From the NCBI RefSeq assembly GCF_018350175.1, contig NC_058377.1, forward strand, positions 21,142,001-21,206,000: a stretch of 64,000 nucleotides of DNA. Reading direction: 5' to 3'. Below, in pieces: positions 1 through 13,600 of the stretch. The position numbers were made by a program, and so were the translations under genes. The notes under the pieces were generated by a model. The model did no database searches. It saw only the letters and a list, made by a program, of their open reading frames with translations, and was not told where the DNA came from. Every line of letters begins with the position of its first letter. The stretch's first letter is position 1. The DNA is from Felis catus (Eukaryota).

Positions 1-239
1 TACTTGTCCTAGATTCATATTTCTTTTGGAAGCCTTCCTTGACGCCTATTCTGGGTTAGCACCACATTTATTGTGTTCCTGTAAGACTTGCGCAATCACG
101 TGTCACATCTCTTAGTCTGCCTCCCCGCTCCTAGATTGTACATTCTGGAGAGCAGGGATTCTCTCATTCATCTCTATCCCGAGTGCTCATGAAAAATTTT
201 ATGCTTATAAAACTGTTAAATTTTCCCTCTTTTTAAAGT

Positions 240-600
240 TTTAATTTAAATTTCCATTAGTTAACATAAAGTGTAATATTATTTTCAGGTGTACAATTTA
301 GTGATTCAACACTTCCATACAACACCTGGTGCTGGTCACAAGTGCCCTCCTTAATCCCCATCACCCATTTCCCCCACCCCCCACCCACCACCCCTCTGGT
401 AACCAACCAACTGTTTTCTATAGTTAACAGTCTGTTTTTTGGTTTGTCGCTCTCTCTCTCTTTTCCCCTATGTTTGTTTCTTAAATTCCACATATGAGTG
501 AAATCATATGGTATTTGTCTTTCTCTGAGTGTAGAGATTTGATTTCACTAAGTGTAGTACTCTCTAGACCCATCCATGTCATTGCAAATGGCAAGATTTC
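240..600 (-). mobile_element. L1 (carnivore-type) 3' UTR fragment
   Basis: Antisense L1 3' end motifs (ttagttaacata...gtacaatttagtgattcaacacttccatacaacacc; gttttcttaaattccacatatgagtgaaatcatatgg); ORF 257..493 translates to typical L1 3'UTR pseudo-peptide. Confidence 0.85.
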
Positions 601-610
601 TAAATTCTTT

Positions 611-802
611 TTTTAATGTTTATATATTTATTTTGAGAGAGAGAGAGATGGGGAGAGAGAGAGGGAGAGAGAGAATCCTAAGCAGGCTCTGTGCTGCCAG
701 CACAGAGCTTGATGTGGGACTCAAACTCATAAACTGCGAGATTATGACCTGAGCCAAAATCAGGAGTCGAATGCTTAACCCTCTGAGCTACCCATGTGAC
801 CC
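611..802 (-). mobile_element. Can-SINE (SINEC)
   Basis: Antisense SINEC body with (GA)n and poly-T tail; flanked by ctaaattctt on both sides (TSD). Confidence 0.9.
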
Positions 803-2752
803 TAAATTCTTCTTTTTAATATCAGTCTACATTCACCTAACATTCTCTTCTTAAATCATTATCATCATACAAGTGTTTATTACTCTTTGTTAATGTTGTC
901 TCTGAATTTCATAATGATTTTCTCCATGGTATCATCCAAGTCACTGATAGAATGTTTTTTAAGACAAGACTAAGTATGCAAGTCCTATGGGATAATAACT
1001 TAAATTTTTTCATTTTATGATTTATCTTTAGATGTTCATTGAATTCATGCAGCTATGAAGTTTGTTCTATATTTTTAGCTACCACACATTACTTATGTCC
1101 ATAGACTCACAAGAAATTTAGCAAAAACTTTTTAGAAATCAAGATAATTTAGGACTAGAACATTCTTTTAGTCTATTAACCTAGTAAAACTGGAGAAACA
1201 AAAATTCTGGGTTATAAGTCATAATATTTCTTTTATAAGAGCTCAAAATTTTTTTTCTTTTTTAATCTGTTTTGGTGTTTTCCTCAGGACTCATTCATCT
1301 CTCAGATAGATCAAACTAAGATAAGAAAAGACCATGGATGCAATGTTGGTAATTATCCACTTGTACGAGTAATGGGCATTCAAACAGACAGGTATTGTTA
1401 CCTGGAGAGAACAGAAAATAATAGAAACTGTGACCATGTGTGAGAGTCAGACTTCAGAGGGAGATGGTCACACATAATGAATAAAAGCCCAACATCTTCA
1501 GTCAGAATTGCAAAGACTGGACAAGATATAATGGAACTTCTGTGATGGGTAGGAGTATTTACTGGCTCACTTTTGTGAAGGGCCAGGAGTATAGGAGAAA
1601 CAGTCAGTTGCCATTGTAAAGAGTCAGAGAAATATGGAAGGATGTAGCAACTCAGTCTTTTTAATATCAGGTAAGGTAAAATTAGGGGATGGATTAAAAG
1701 AAATAACTGGGATTTTTGTAAAAGATAATGGGGAAACTACCATTTTGGGTTTATAAAATTGGCAACAGGTTTGGCTTGATCATGAACGGACAGTTTTGTG
1801 CATTAGACATACTTAAATTCTTCACAGTAAAGTATAGAACTGACCCAGAACCAAGGATGGTTAGTTTCTGCTGGAGATGGCAAGCTTTCTGCTTATCAAG
1901 GAGTAAAAGGAAAACAGACACCAAGCAGCAAACTACTGGGTATTTTCAGTACGGGGTACTGTGTTTTCAGGCCATCTTTACTATGTTTACTTTACTTGTT
2001 TTGTACTTGTTGATTTTTTTTTTTCTCTGATGAAGACATAGGACAAAGGAGAAACATTTTAAATAGAACATATTTATTTCTTATATCTTTCACTTATAAA
2101 CAATTTATGGTTAAATCCTATATTTTTCTTGTTTATCTACCAGAGAGAAAAAATATAATTGTAAAATATGGTTATAATTTTTGAGCCACTGTTGCATAAT
2201 TTTTTGCTGGGGAAGATCTCATTGTTTGAAGAAAACACTTAGTAGGGAAATTTGGCATAATAAAGAGGTATACACTGGCATAACCTAGATGGGGAAGGCT
2301 TGGAGGACAATGGCAAATTCGCAGGTGGTGGTGAAATGTTTTGTATAGTCAGTATGATATCACCATCATTTTGTTGTGGTTGTTTTACTTGTTTATAACA
2401 GTTTTATTGAGATGTAATTCACACACTATAAAATTCAACCATGCAATGTGTACAAATCAGTGTTTTTAGTATATTCGTGGAATTGAATGACCATCACCAC
2501 ATCCTAATTTTAGAACATTTTCATTACTTCCTCCCTCCCCTCAAAAATAAAGCTCTGTACTCATTAGCAGTCACTTCCCATTCTCCCTTGCTCCCAGCCC
2601 CTGGAAGATACTTTCTCTCTACATAAGTTTATCTTTTCTGGACACTTTGTATAAACGGAATAATACAATATGTGGCCCTTTGTGTTTCTTTCACTTAGCA
2701 TAACGTTTTAAGGTTCATCCATGATGTGGCATGCCTCAATACTTCATTACTT

Positions 2753-2954
2753 AAAAAAATTTTTTTTAAATGTTTATTTATTTTTGAGAGAGACAGAGCA
2801 CGAGCAGGTGAGGGGCAGAGAGAGAGAGGGAGACACAGAATCTGAAACAGGCTCCAGGCTCTGAGCTGTCAGCACAGAGCCCGATGCAAGGCTCTAACCC
2901 ATAAACTGTGAGCCAAAGTTGGACACTTAACTGACTGAGCCACTCAGGCATCCC
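2753..2954 (-). mobile_element. Can-SINE (SINEC)
   Basis: SINEC body; TSD caatacttcattactt at 2737-2752 and 2954-2969. Confidence 0.95.
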
Positions 2955-3154
2955 AATACTTCATTACTTTTTATGGCAGAATACTATTCCATTTTATGGG
3001 TATACCTTTGTTTATCCATTCATCATTTGATAGACATTTGGATGGTTTTCATTTTTTTGACTATTATAAATAATATTGCTAAACATTTATATATAAGCGT
3101 TTATGCAGACATTTATTTTCAATTCTTGTATGTACTTAAGAGTAGGACTTCTGG

Positions 3155-3377
3155 GGGCGCCTGGGTGGCTCAGTCGGTTAAGCGGCCAACTTCGGCTCAG
3201 GTCATGATCTCGCCGTCCGTGAGTTTGAGCCCCAGTTTGGGCTCTGTGCTCACAGCTCAGAGCCTGGAGCCTGTTTCAGATTCTGTGTCTTGCTCTCTCT
3301 GACCCTCCCCCGTTCATGCTCTGTCTCTCACTGTCTCAAAAATAAATAAACGTTAAAAAAAAAAAAATTAAAAAAAA
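3155..3377 (+). mobile_element. Can-SINE (SINEC, cat-type)
   Basis: ggggcgcctgggtggctcagtcggttaag head, (CT)n, poly-A; TSD aagagtaggacttctgg at 3138-3154 and 3378-3394. Confidence 0.97.
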
Positions 3378-4450
3378 AAGAGTAGGACTTCTGGGTCATA
3401 TGGTAACTTTTTGTTTAACACTTTCAGGAGCTACTGAACTGGTTCTCTAAGCAGCTGTATCATTTTGCAATCCCACCAGCACTCTATGAGGGATCTAATC
3501 TCTCCAGATCCTTGCCTATACTTGTTATTGTCTGTCTTTTTGATTATAGCCATTCTAATGTGTATTAGGTGGTATCTCATTGTAGTTTTTATATGCAGTT
3601 CCCTAGTGACAAAAGATGGTGTTCAGGTACTTCTTGGTCATTTGTGTATCTTCTTTGGAAAAATGTCTACTCAAATCCTTTGCCCATTTTAAAATTGGGT
3701 TGTCTTTTTATTGTTGAGTTTTAAGAGTTTTTATATTTTCTGTATACAGGTTCTTTGCTATATATATGACCTGCAAATATTTTCTCTCATCTGTTGGTTG
3801 TCTTTTCATCTTCCTGGATGATATTCTTTGAAACACAAAAGCTTTTAATTTTGATGATATCGTTTATTTTTTACATGGTTTCTTGTACTTTGACATCTTA
3901 TCTAAGAAGACATCTCCTATTCCTAAGGCACAAATACTTACTTTTACATATTTTTTAAAGAGTGTAGTAGTTTTAGCTCTTATGTTTAGGTCTAAGGCCC
4001 ATTTTGAAGTAAGTTTTGTGTATGGTGTGAGGAAGGGATCTGACTACATTCTTATGTATGTAGCTATCCAGTTATTCCAGAACCATTTAATGAAAATATT
4101 ATTCTTTCCTCGTCAATTGTTCTGGAATCCTTGTCAAAATCAATCCACCACAGATGTATGTGTTCATTTCTAAACTCTAATTTCAATTCCATTGATATAT
4201 GTGTCCATTATGTTAGTGATACACTGTCTTGATTACTGTAGCTTTATAGCAAGCTTTCAAATTAGGAAGCCTGAGTCTTCCAACTTTGTTCGCTTTCCAG
4301 TTTATTTTGGCTATTCTGAATCCTTTATATCTCCACATGAATTCTAGGAAGAGCTGTTCAATATCTGCAAAAACAACTAACATTTTGATAGAGACTGTAT
4401 TGACTCTGTAGCTCAATTTGGGAAGAATTGCCTTCTTAAAAATGTTAAAG

Positions 4451-4665
4451 ATTTTTTTTTTAATGTTTTATTTATTTTTGAGACAGAGAGAGACAGAGCA
4501 TGAGCAGGGGAGGGGCAGAGAGAAAGGGAGACACAGAATCCAAAGCAGGCTCCAGGCTCTGAGCTATCAGCACAGAGCCCAACGTGGGGCTTGAACTCAC
4601 AAACCATGAGATCATGACCTGAGCCAAAGTCAGATGCTCAACCAACTGAGCCACCCAGGCGCCCC
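4451..4665 (-). mobile_element. Can-SINE (SINEC)
   Basis: SINEC body; TSD aaaatgttaaag at 4439-4450 and 4666-4677. Confidence 0.97.
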
Positions 4666-5270
4666 AAAATGTTAAAGCTTTTGATTCATAAACATGGGAT
4701 AGCTTTTCATTCATGTAGGTCTTGCTTAATTTCTTTCAATAATGTTTTGTAATTTTCAGTGTACATGTCTTCTGTTTCTTTGTTTAATTTACTTCTAAGT
4801 ATTTTATTATTTTTGATGCTATTAAACATGGATTTTATTTTTGGATTATTTATTGCAAGTGTATAGAAATACAGTTGAACATTGTATGTTGATCTTGTAT
4901 TTGTCAACCTTGTTGAACTTGTTAATTACTTCTAAGATTTCTTTTGCAAATTCCTTAACATTTTCTATAGGTTACATCATGTAAGTTGTGAACAGAGATA
5001 GTTCTACTTCTTCCCTTCCATTGTGGATGTGTTTTATTCCATTGTCTTCCTTGATTGATATAGATAGAATCTCCAGTATAAGGATGAGTAGAAGTAGAGG
5101 GATGGCCATCATTGCCATGTTCCTCATCTTAGGGGATGATATTCAATTTTTTTTCCATTAAGTATAACGTTAGCTGTGTTTTTTTGTGGATGCTGTTGAT
5201 GTTATTTAAAATATAAAACAATATTTTTTGACAGGGCTTATGCTCTTCAAATTGCATCATAACATTTTAT

Positions 5271-5508
5271 TTTTTATTTTTTTAATATTTATTTATTTAT
5301 TTGTTTGTTTGTTTATTTTTGAGAGACAGAGAGACAGAACATGAGGAAGGGAGGGACAGAGAGTGGAGTCACAAAATCAGAAGCAGGCTCCAGGCTCTGA
5401 GCTGTCAGCACAGAGCCTGATGGGGGGGGGGGGGGCTCGAACTCACTGACGGCAAGATCACGTGAGCCGAAGTTGGACGCTTAACCAACTGAGTCACCCA
5501 GGTGTCCC
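5271..5508 (-). mobile_element. Can-SINE (SINEC) with an expanded poly-G run
   Basis: SINEC body; imperfect TSD aacat(t/c)ttat; G-run at ~5422-5435. Confidence 0.9.
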
Positions 5509-5579
5509 AACATCTTATTATTATTATTATTATTTTAAATCAAGGCGGTCCTTTGAGTCATTTAAGTTTGAGAAATCTT

Positions 5580-5751
5580 CAGGACATTATGTTAAGTGAA
5601 ATAAGTCAGTCAGAAAAATACAAATACTGTATGATTTCACTTATGTGAGGTATGTAAAGTAGTTAAATTTATAGAAACATACAGAATAGGACTTAACAGG
5701 GCCCAAGGGAGAGAGAGAAAAGGGATTTATTTAATGAGTACAGAGTTTCAG
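5580..5751 (+). mobile_element. L1M 3' UTR fragment
   Basis: gacattatgttaagtgaaataagtcagtcagaaaaatacaaatactgtatgatttcactta is a typical L1M 3' motif; runs into an N gap. Confidence 0.75.
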
Positions 5752-6569
5752 NNNNNNNNNNNNNNNNNNNNNNNNNNNNNNNNNNNNNNNNNNNNNNNNN
5801 NNNNNNNNNNNNNNNNNNNNNNNNNNNNNNNNNNNNNNNNNNNNNNNNNNNNNNNNNNNNNNNNNNNNNNNNNNNNNNNNNNNNNTGAGGAAATCAAAGC
5901 AAATTTAATTTTGATCATTTGAATAAAAGAGAATCTTAGAGTTGTCATTATTCCTCTCAAGGGAGAGTCTGTTTCCTAAAGGAGGACAGGAGAGAAAGTT
6001 TTAGAGAAGATTTACAAACTCAAATACTTTCATGGGTCAAGTAGGTAGCAGAAGTATATAGAGGTTTTAAGTTTATAGAGAGTGGTGATTTGAAAACTGC
6101 ATGTTCTGTAACATATTCTAAAGCTGTGCTATCAAGATAAAACATAGCTACTGAACTACTTCTGCCTAACTTGCTATTCCTTTTCTAGAAAGAGAGGAGA
6201 ATGTGGCAGTCAAGCACTGGCCGCTGCAAGAAAGAAATTTCTTACACCATGACTTTGTAACATTCAGTTTGAAGTTGTAGTCTGCCAAAGGTATAATCAC
6301 TACATTACGACTAAGCCTTTAGTAAAAATGTACTATATCCAATGGTCATGTGTTAATGGTGCTTTAAAAAAAAAAAAGGAAGAACACCGTGGGCAGTTTT
6401 ATCACTTCCAGTCATTAATGGGTGGCAAAGATGGGAAAGGCCCAACAAGGAATTATTGTTGGAAAATGTATCTAAAGACAGCAGTGAGGCAGGCTGCAGT
6501 GTGAGCTGACTCGGGAAGATTTAAGACAAAAGCTCTTTTCCCAATATAGTTTCAAGAATGGTGACCCAC

Positions 6570-6773
6570 TGTGGCACCTGGGTGGCTGGTTTAACGTCCA
6601 ACTCTTGGTTTCTGCTCGGGTCATGATCTCACAGTTTGTGAGTTTAAGCCCCACATTGGGCTTTGTGCTGGCAGTGTGGATCCTGCTTGGGATCTTCTCT
6701 CTCCCTCTCTCTCTGCTCCTCCCCTGCTCTCTCTCTCTCTCAAAATAAATAAATAAACTTAAAAAAAAAAAAA
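6570..6773 (+). mobile_element. Can-SINE (SINEC, older)
   Basis: SINEC body and poly-A; diverged TSD aagaatg(g/a)tga(c/t)cca. Confidence 0.9.
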
Positions 6774-7849
6774 AAGAATGATGATCCAGGTGGGGAGGGA
6801 GTATAGGAACAAATACATATATTACAAATTTCACTTTTTTTTAAGTTAAATAAATTTATATCTAAGAAGGCAAACAGTTTTACATGGTGCTATCACTAAA
6901 ATCTGGATAAATAACTTTTAAAAATCATCAGTGTCTTGCTACCTAAAGATGTCTTCACCATCATAAGTGAATTCTATGCCTGTAGATGAAAGTGTCAACA
7001 GTAAGAGAAGGGCAGAAAACCATTTCCTATTTAAAAACATTTGAGATATACTTTTACATAACTAAGCAATAGTTAACAAAATAGTAAGCATGTGAAAACT
7101 GTAAATTCCAAAGACTGAGATTATTTTACTATAGAAACAATCATTAGTATTATACTAAAAAAATGTTGGAACTGGAAGACAGAGTACTACATAGAAGATT
7201 ATATTTTGGCTTTATCTGTTTCCAGCCATATCTTGCACAGTGTAAACATAAATAGCACAGACAGATATTTTAGTGGCAGAATGGCACCGTGCTCCTAATA
7301 GTTTACGTGCAACTGACAAAGGCTTTTTGTTTTTATTTATTTCATGCTGTGAACCCAGTTGGTTCCCTTTATTCATACACTATTCATTGGGCAATCCATG
7401 CATAGATAGGTAACCAGTATCAGATTCATCTCTATAGAATCTTACCTAGACTCTGCTCTATTTAGAATCACTCAATAAATGTTAGTATCACTATTATGAT
7501 TTTTTCTCCATCTCTTATGTTCTCTGAACTAGCATGTGTTTTGTACATGCTTTGGTTTTAGAAAGAATGGTTTTTCTGGCAGATATCAGTATTAGCTCAA
7601 GCCCATTATTATCACTTTTATTTCTCGTGGCTATTTTGAATTTTTCACCTATACTTTTAGGAAACTATCATCCACCCCTATAATGAAAAGCCACAGAGTC
7701 TCCACTACCAAGTAACTGAAGTTTCTGAATTTTAGTTTTCTCATCTGGGAAAAATAAATCAGATACCTTTTCTAAAGTGCCTGGACAGCAAACCGTTATG
7801 TACCTAATACACAGTAATATCACCAGTCTTTTCATTTTTGTTTTTTTTT

Positions 7850-8400
7850 TTAGTTTCTTTTTAAATTCCAGTTAGTTAACACATGTAATATTAGTTTCAG
7901 GTGTACAATATAGTGATTCAACAATTCCATACATCACCCAGTGCTCATCACCACACATGGACTCCTTAATGCCCATCACCTATTTAGTCAATCCCCCCCC
8001 CCCAACCCACCTCCCCTCTGGTAACCATCAGTTTGTTCTCTATAGTTAAGAGTCTGTTTCTTGGTTTACTCTCTCTCTATCTTTTTTCCCTTTGCTCATT
8101 TGTTTCTTAAATTCCATGTATGAATGAAATCATATGATATTTGTCTTTCTCTGACTGATTTTGCTTAGTGTAATNNNNNNNNNNNNNNNNNNNNNNNNNN
8201 NNNNNNNNNNNNNNNNNNNNNNNNNNNNNNNNNNNNNNNNNNNNNNNNNNNNNNNNNNNNNNNNNNNNNNNNNNNNNNNNNNNNNNNNNNNNNNNNNNNN
8301 NNNNNNNNNNNNNNNNNNNNNNNNNNNNNNNNNNNNNNNNNNNNNNTTGGCTAGGATAAATAATGCTGCATAAACATAGAAGTGCATAAGACCAACTTTT
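7850..8400 (-). mobile_element. L1 (carnivore-type) 3' UTR fragment, gapped
   Basis: Same antisense L1 3' motifs as 240-600; N gap 8175-8346 inside. Confidence 0.85.
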
Positions 8401-8625
8401 ACAGCATAGAACAAAAAAGGGATAGTTCTAACTGATATTTATTTACATGCCCCACATTATGGAGACCTCAGCGTCTTTGAGCGCTAACATAGATCAGGAA
8501 CAGACAGCACTGAAGCTACATGGCTGAAAAGACAAATTCTGTTTCATACTACATTGCATGGTGGGACAATAAATATCTACCACAATTTTTCTTCTTCTCT
8601 TTCTACATAAAATTCCCAGAGGAAA

Positions 8626-9585
8626 ATGACAGCAGGAAATCATTCCACAGTGACTGAGTTCATCCTTGCTGGGTTAACAGAGAGCCCAGAACTCCAGCTG
8701 CCCCTTTTCTTCCTCTTCCTAGGAGTCTATGTGGTCACGGTGGTGGGGAACCTGGCCATGATCACACTGATAGGGCTCAGTGCTCACCTGCACACCCCCA
8801 TGTACTATTTCCTCAGCAATTTGTCCTTCATTGATCTCTGCCATTCCACTGTCATTACCCCTAAAATGCTAGTGAACTTTGTAACAGAGAGGAATTTCAT
8901 CTCCTACCAAGCATGCATGACTCAACTCTACTTCTTCCTTGTTTTTGTTATATCAGAATGTCATATGTTGGCTATAATGGCGTATGATCGCTATGTTGCC
9001 ATCTGTAACCCATTGCTTTACAATGTCACCATGTCTTATCAGGTTTGCTCCCGGCTGGTAGTTGGGGTGTATATCATGGGCTTGACTGGTGCCTCAGCTC
9101 ACACAGGCTGCATGCTAAGAGTGCTTTTCTGTAAGGCTGACAGAATCAACCATTACTTCTGTGATCTTTTCCCACTGTTGGAGCTCTCCTGCTCCAGTAC
9201 TTATATCAACGAGGTGGTAGTTTTGTGCTTCAGTGCATTTAATATCCTCGCCCCCAGCCTCATGATTCTTAGCTCCTACATCTTCATCATTGCCAGCATC
9301 CTCCGCATCCGCTCCACCGAAGGTAGGTGCAAAGCCTTCAGCACCTGCAGCTCCCACATCTCAGCTGTTGCCGTTTTCTTTGGATCCGCTGCGTTCATGT
9401 ACCTGCAGCCATCATCTGTGAGCTCCATGAACCAAGGGAAAGTGTCTTCCGTGTTTTACACCATTATTGTGCCTATGCTGAACCCCCTGATCTACAGCCT
9501 GAGGAATAAAGATGTCAGAGTTGTCCTGAATAAGATCCTTGAAAAAAGAAGGAAATGGGTATTTTGCTTGAGAAAAGCTTTGTAA
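8626..9585 (+). CDS. Olfactory receptor, family 8 subfamily G (intact, 319 aa)
   Basis: Single-exon ORF with OR motifs [50 protein letters not shown]; N-glycosylation site NHS; polypyrimidine tract and AG just upstream of the ATG. Confidence 0.97.
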   Translation: MTAGNHSTVTEFILAGLTESPELQLPLFFLFLGVYVVTVVGNLAMITLIGLSAHLHTPMYYFLSNLSFIDLCHSTVITPKMLVNFVTERNFISYQACMTQLYFFLVFVISECHMLAIMAYDRYVAICNPLLYNVTMSYQVCSRLVVGVYIMGLTGASAHTGCMLRVLFCKADRINHYFCDLFPLLELSCSSTYINEVVVLCFSAFNILAPSLMILSSYIFIIASILRIRSTEGRCKAFSTCSSHISAVAVFFGSAAFMYLQPSSVSSMNQGKVSSVFYTIIVPMLNPLIYSLRNKDVRVVLNKILEKRRKWVFCLRKAL

Positions 9586-10159
9586 TTCTCGGAGAGGGTT
9601 TGATAAGGAAACAATCCAGAGACAACAGTGCATGTCCACAAGTAATGAAATTGTTCATTCTACTTGATAATTTTGAAGAACAGTGCAGGAGGACTGGATT
9701 CATAGTGCCAGTCACATGGACAGCATCACCATATGATAGGGTATATTAGACATTGACCTGGGCACCATGTGGACACGATAGCACACCAAGTGTATTGGAC
9801 ATAGAGTTAGAAAGCAAAGTGCATGCAAACAAAATTTGCAGAATTGGGATATCTCCTAGAAATAGGATGCATAACAATGGTTATTTGCTAACTTAAATTG
9901 ATGAAATAAGTCAAGTACAATTCCTTTGATAATACTTATTGCCTTATATTTTAATATGTTTTTCAAGACTTCACTTCTACTAGTTATAGGAAAGGATGGT
10001 ATATTGTAAATCAGCATTATTAAAATATAGGGTTAATAAACTTTTAATTTTACATGTTTGGCATGAAGACTATGACTAACCACAATAGGTAACATACACT
10101 ACCTGCCAGCCAAGGTCTTACCAGTAAGCTTTCCTTTCCCTCTTTTTTTTTTTTTTTTT

Positions 10160-11100
10160 AAATTCAAATATAGTTGACACACAATGTTACTTCAGTTTCA
10201 GGTATAGAACATACTGATTCAACATCTCTGTACATTATTCTATGCTTGCCCCAAACGTAGCTACCATCTGTCCCCATACAATACTATTACAATACCATTA
10301 ACTACATTCCATTTGCTGTGCCTTTTATTCTTGTGAGTTACTCATTCCATAACTGCAGGCCTGTACCTCCCTCTTCCCTTCATCCCTTTTTGCTCATACC
10401 CCATCCATCTCCCCTCTGGCAACCAAAAGTTTGTTCTCTGTATTTACAGGTCTGATTCTACTTTTTGTTTATTCATTTTGGTTTTTCGATTCCACATATG
10501 TGCGAAATCATATGGTANNNNNNNNNNNNNNNNNNNNNNNNNNNNNNNNNNNNNNNNNNNNNNNNNNNNNNNNNNNNNNNNNNNNNNNNNNNNNNNNNNN
10601 NNNNNNNNNNNNNNNNNNNNNNNNNNNNNNNNNNNNNNNNNNNNNNNNNNCCACTTATGTATTGATGGACACTTGAATGGCTTCCATGGACACTTGAATG
10701 GCTATTGTAAATAATTCTGCAGTACACATAAAGGTGCATATATCCTTCTNNNNNNNNNNNNNNNNNNNNNNNNNNNNNNNNNNNNNNNNNNNNNNNNNNN
10801 NNNNNNNNNNNNNNNNNNNNNNNNNNNNNNNNNNNNNNNNNNNNNNNNNNNNNNNNNNNNNNNNNNNNNNNNNNNNNNNNNNNNNNNNNNNNNNNNNNNN
10901 NNNNTTCTCCACATCTTCACCAAAACTTATTTCTTGTCTTTCTGATTTTAGTCATTNNNNNNNNNNNNNNNNNNNNNNNNNNNNNNNNNNNNNNNNNNNN
11001 NNNNNNNNNNNNNNNNNNNNNNNNNNNNNNNNNNNNNNNNNNNNNNNNNNNNNNNNNNNNNNNNNNNNNNNNNNNNNNNNNNNNNNNNNNNNNNNNNTGG
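10160..11100 (-). mobile_element. L1MA-type 3' fragment, gapped
   Basis: Antisense L1 3'UTR (tatagttgacacacaatgttac...; gattccacatatgtgcgaaatcatatgg); three N gaps inside. Confidence 0.8.
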
Positions 11101-11251
11101 GATTAAACCATCAGTTTTTATTACCAAACAAATAAAATGATTCAGTATTTATACAGAAATAAAATAATTTGTATAGCACACATATTACTTTGCTCCTCAT
11201 CATTTCTCTTTATTTTAGAAAAAAATAAAGTTACCATATCTCCTTCTTACT

Positions 11252-11273
11252 CTAATTAGGAACTTCCCAGGGA
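11252..11273 (+). promoter_or_regulatory. Candidate homeodomain (Lhx2-type) plus O/E (Ebf) site pair
   Basis: CTAATTAG (11252-11259) followed after 4 bp by TTCCCAGGGA (11264-11273), ~4 kb upstream of the second OR8G ATG. Confidence 0.35.
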
Positions 11274-12510
11274 TTTATGCAATATTTAGCATATGCTTTC
11301 ACTTAGGCCACAAGTTAAAATATTCCAAATATCACTGTTTTCTGAGTATATTATGAAATCTGAATACAGTTAACAGAGACCGATGAAAATAAAAACTTTC
11401 AGATCTTACATAACCAGGTTGTTTTCCCTGATTTATTACTTTGCCCTTGTGGGAAGGGACTTCAGAAAACTTTAGTGTATGTCTTATAAATTTCCTGAAA
11501 TTTTGCATTTAAAAATGGGCTGGCATGAAATTCACCAGAGCTCTAACAATATCTCTCACATCCTTGGTTCTAATGTGTAACCTGATAAGAACAATGAATA
11601 ACACTTTTGTGACACTATTAAGCCCTTGAGTACCAATGGAGAAAGGGAAATTCTAATTGTTTCTTTTCCCATGAGTGGATACTTGTGGGGTAAGATCCTA
11701 GTGGGAGGCCATTATCATTGTTTGCTCTTAATCAGACCCTTAGCATCTATACCCAGAGTGTAAAATCCTCAGATAATATCAACCAACCTTTGCAGGGGGA
11801 CAGACAGTTTTGGGCATCAGCTTCACCAGAGATCAAGATCAGTGACTAAAAACAATGGCCAAAGGAGACTTATAGGCTATGACTCCCTCAGCACTAAAGA
11901 GTCCTGCAAGGTTGGTACTCCGAACTATCCACCAGCATCGTCAGATCATTTTTCCCTTCAGAACAATGAAGAAGAAAAGTGCACGGCACTGAATTCTCTG
12001 TGAAGAAGGAAAGCTATGTCTGAATCACAGTCCTTGGATTTTAAAATCTTAGCTTTCCACTCAGGCTCCTTTCCCAGCGCACACAGAGATGTACGCAGCC
12101 ATTTCATCCTCGCCTGTCCTCGTTCTATTGTTCACACTTTCTCATGACCACAGGCCCCTTTGTTATCTCTCTGTCCCCTCTAGTTTAAAATTATGGCAGA
12201 AACTTTTTTGTTTACTCATTTCAACTCAGGCAGTGTGAGGGCTTTGCCGACTTAGATTGAGTCTATGTTAATATATCTCTAACCTTCCTTCATAATTTTA
12301 TTAAACACATATCGATTGAGGGTCACTAGATGCAAAGCACTGTGCTAAGTACTGTATTGATTTTACAGTCTAGTAGAGAAGGGAAACCAGTAAATAACTC
12401 ATACTAATTAATATAAAGTAAGTGCTTATGTAAAACACAAGAAATGTATTCATAGGCACACACACAAAATGGTCATGTTAACTGGGGCTCTCCTACTAAA
12501 CTTTTCAAAT

Positions 12511-12736
12511 ATTTTTTTAAATGTTTATTTATTTTTGAGAGACAGAAAGAGAGAAAGAGTTTGTGTGTGTGTGTGTGTGTGTGTGGCAGAGAGAAAGGGA
12601 GACACAAAATCTGAAGCAGGCTCCAGGCTCTAAACTGTCAGCACAGAGCCCAAAGTGGGGCTGGAACTCATGAACCCCGAAATCATGACCTGAGCTGAAG
12701 TCTGACGTTCAATCCACTGAGCCACCCAGGTGCCTC
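12511..12736 (-). mobile_element. Can-SINE (SINEC) with internal (TG)n
   Basis: Antisense SINEC body, (TG)n at ~12562-12585, poly-T tail. Confidence 0.92.
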
Positions 12737-13600
12737 TCTCATATTAAATTCTTAACTAAATGATCCTAACTGCTGAATAAACGTCATAAGGTAGATGGAA
12801 TGGAAGAAGAGAAAAGCTAAAGGGATATGGTGAGTAAAAACTAACAGTCTACCAAATAACTAAATAACATGGTATTTGTTGGGATATAAAAAAGAAAACT
12901 TTGTTGTTATTGTTGTAAATCTTTGAATGACAAATTAGTTTGAACTTTATATGGAGACCTTGGAAAATACTGATTATTTTAAGAGGTTACTATTCAGTAA
13001 AAAAGTTGAAAATCTCTGTATTATCATGTATTCATGGAAAGAAACAACAAAAAGATCTGCTGAGGAAAGAAATTGGAAACTCTTACTACCATTATGGGAA
13101 TGACAGTGTTGGGCGAATGAAAAACAGAGCAGGGAGATACTTAAATAGATTACAATTGAAACAACACTGACATTGATTAAGTTCTTACCAAGAGCCAGGA
13201 ACTGTGCTGGGGACCTCACTTTACAGGTATCATTTAATTTAATTTTCACACGGGACAGAAATTAATGATTTCATTTTTCAGAACATTAGAGCAAATGTAG
13301 GACTGAATTTTTTGCATCAATGGCTACTATCAGGACCTATTAGAAGTACACAGTCATGAAAGTTGGAATTTAAAGAGATACTCAGGATTTAATCCAACCA
13401 CCCATCTAAACCTTGCATCCATCAACAATATCTGCTCCATGGCCTTTTAGGCTGTGCTCTAACATTTCTGGCTATAAGATCAGATTATGTGTGAGTGTAA
13501 TGTTCTCTGATGTGAAACCAGATATTTCTTCTAATAGTTTCAAGCAGGTCATTTGACTTCCTTCTCTTGGAGACATATAAAATGAGTCCAATATCAAAAT

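Larger units (their letters stand above)
2383..5190 (-). mobile_element. Old L1M element (3' UTR plus decayed ORF2), interrupted by three SINECs
   Basis: Minus-strand ORFs 4213..4416 (GRLRLPNLKACYKATVIKTVY) and 4707..4907 (LNKETEDMYTENYKTLLKEIKQD) are L1 ORF2-like; 3'UTR motifs at 2400-3130. Confidence 0.85.

Noticed and set aside
1668-1676. Donor-like CAG|GTAAGG ~7 kb upstream of OR8G gene 1
   Set aside because: It sits in sequence resembling an L2 relic, with no independent support.
9544-9585. Slightly longer C-terminal tail ([13 protein letters not shown]) of OR8G gene 1
   Set aside because: OR C-terminal length varies commonly, and I could not identify a specific frameshift with confidence.
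10665-10703. 21-bp tandem duplication atggacacttgaatggct
   Set aside because: It lies inside an L1 fragment next to a gap, so it is either trivial slippage or a gap-edge artefact.
10431-11135. ORFs spanning N runs
   Set aside because: They are open only because N codons are not stops.
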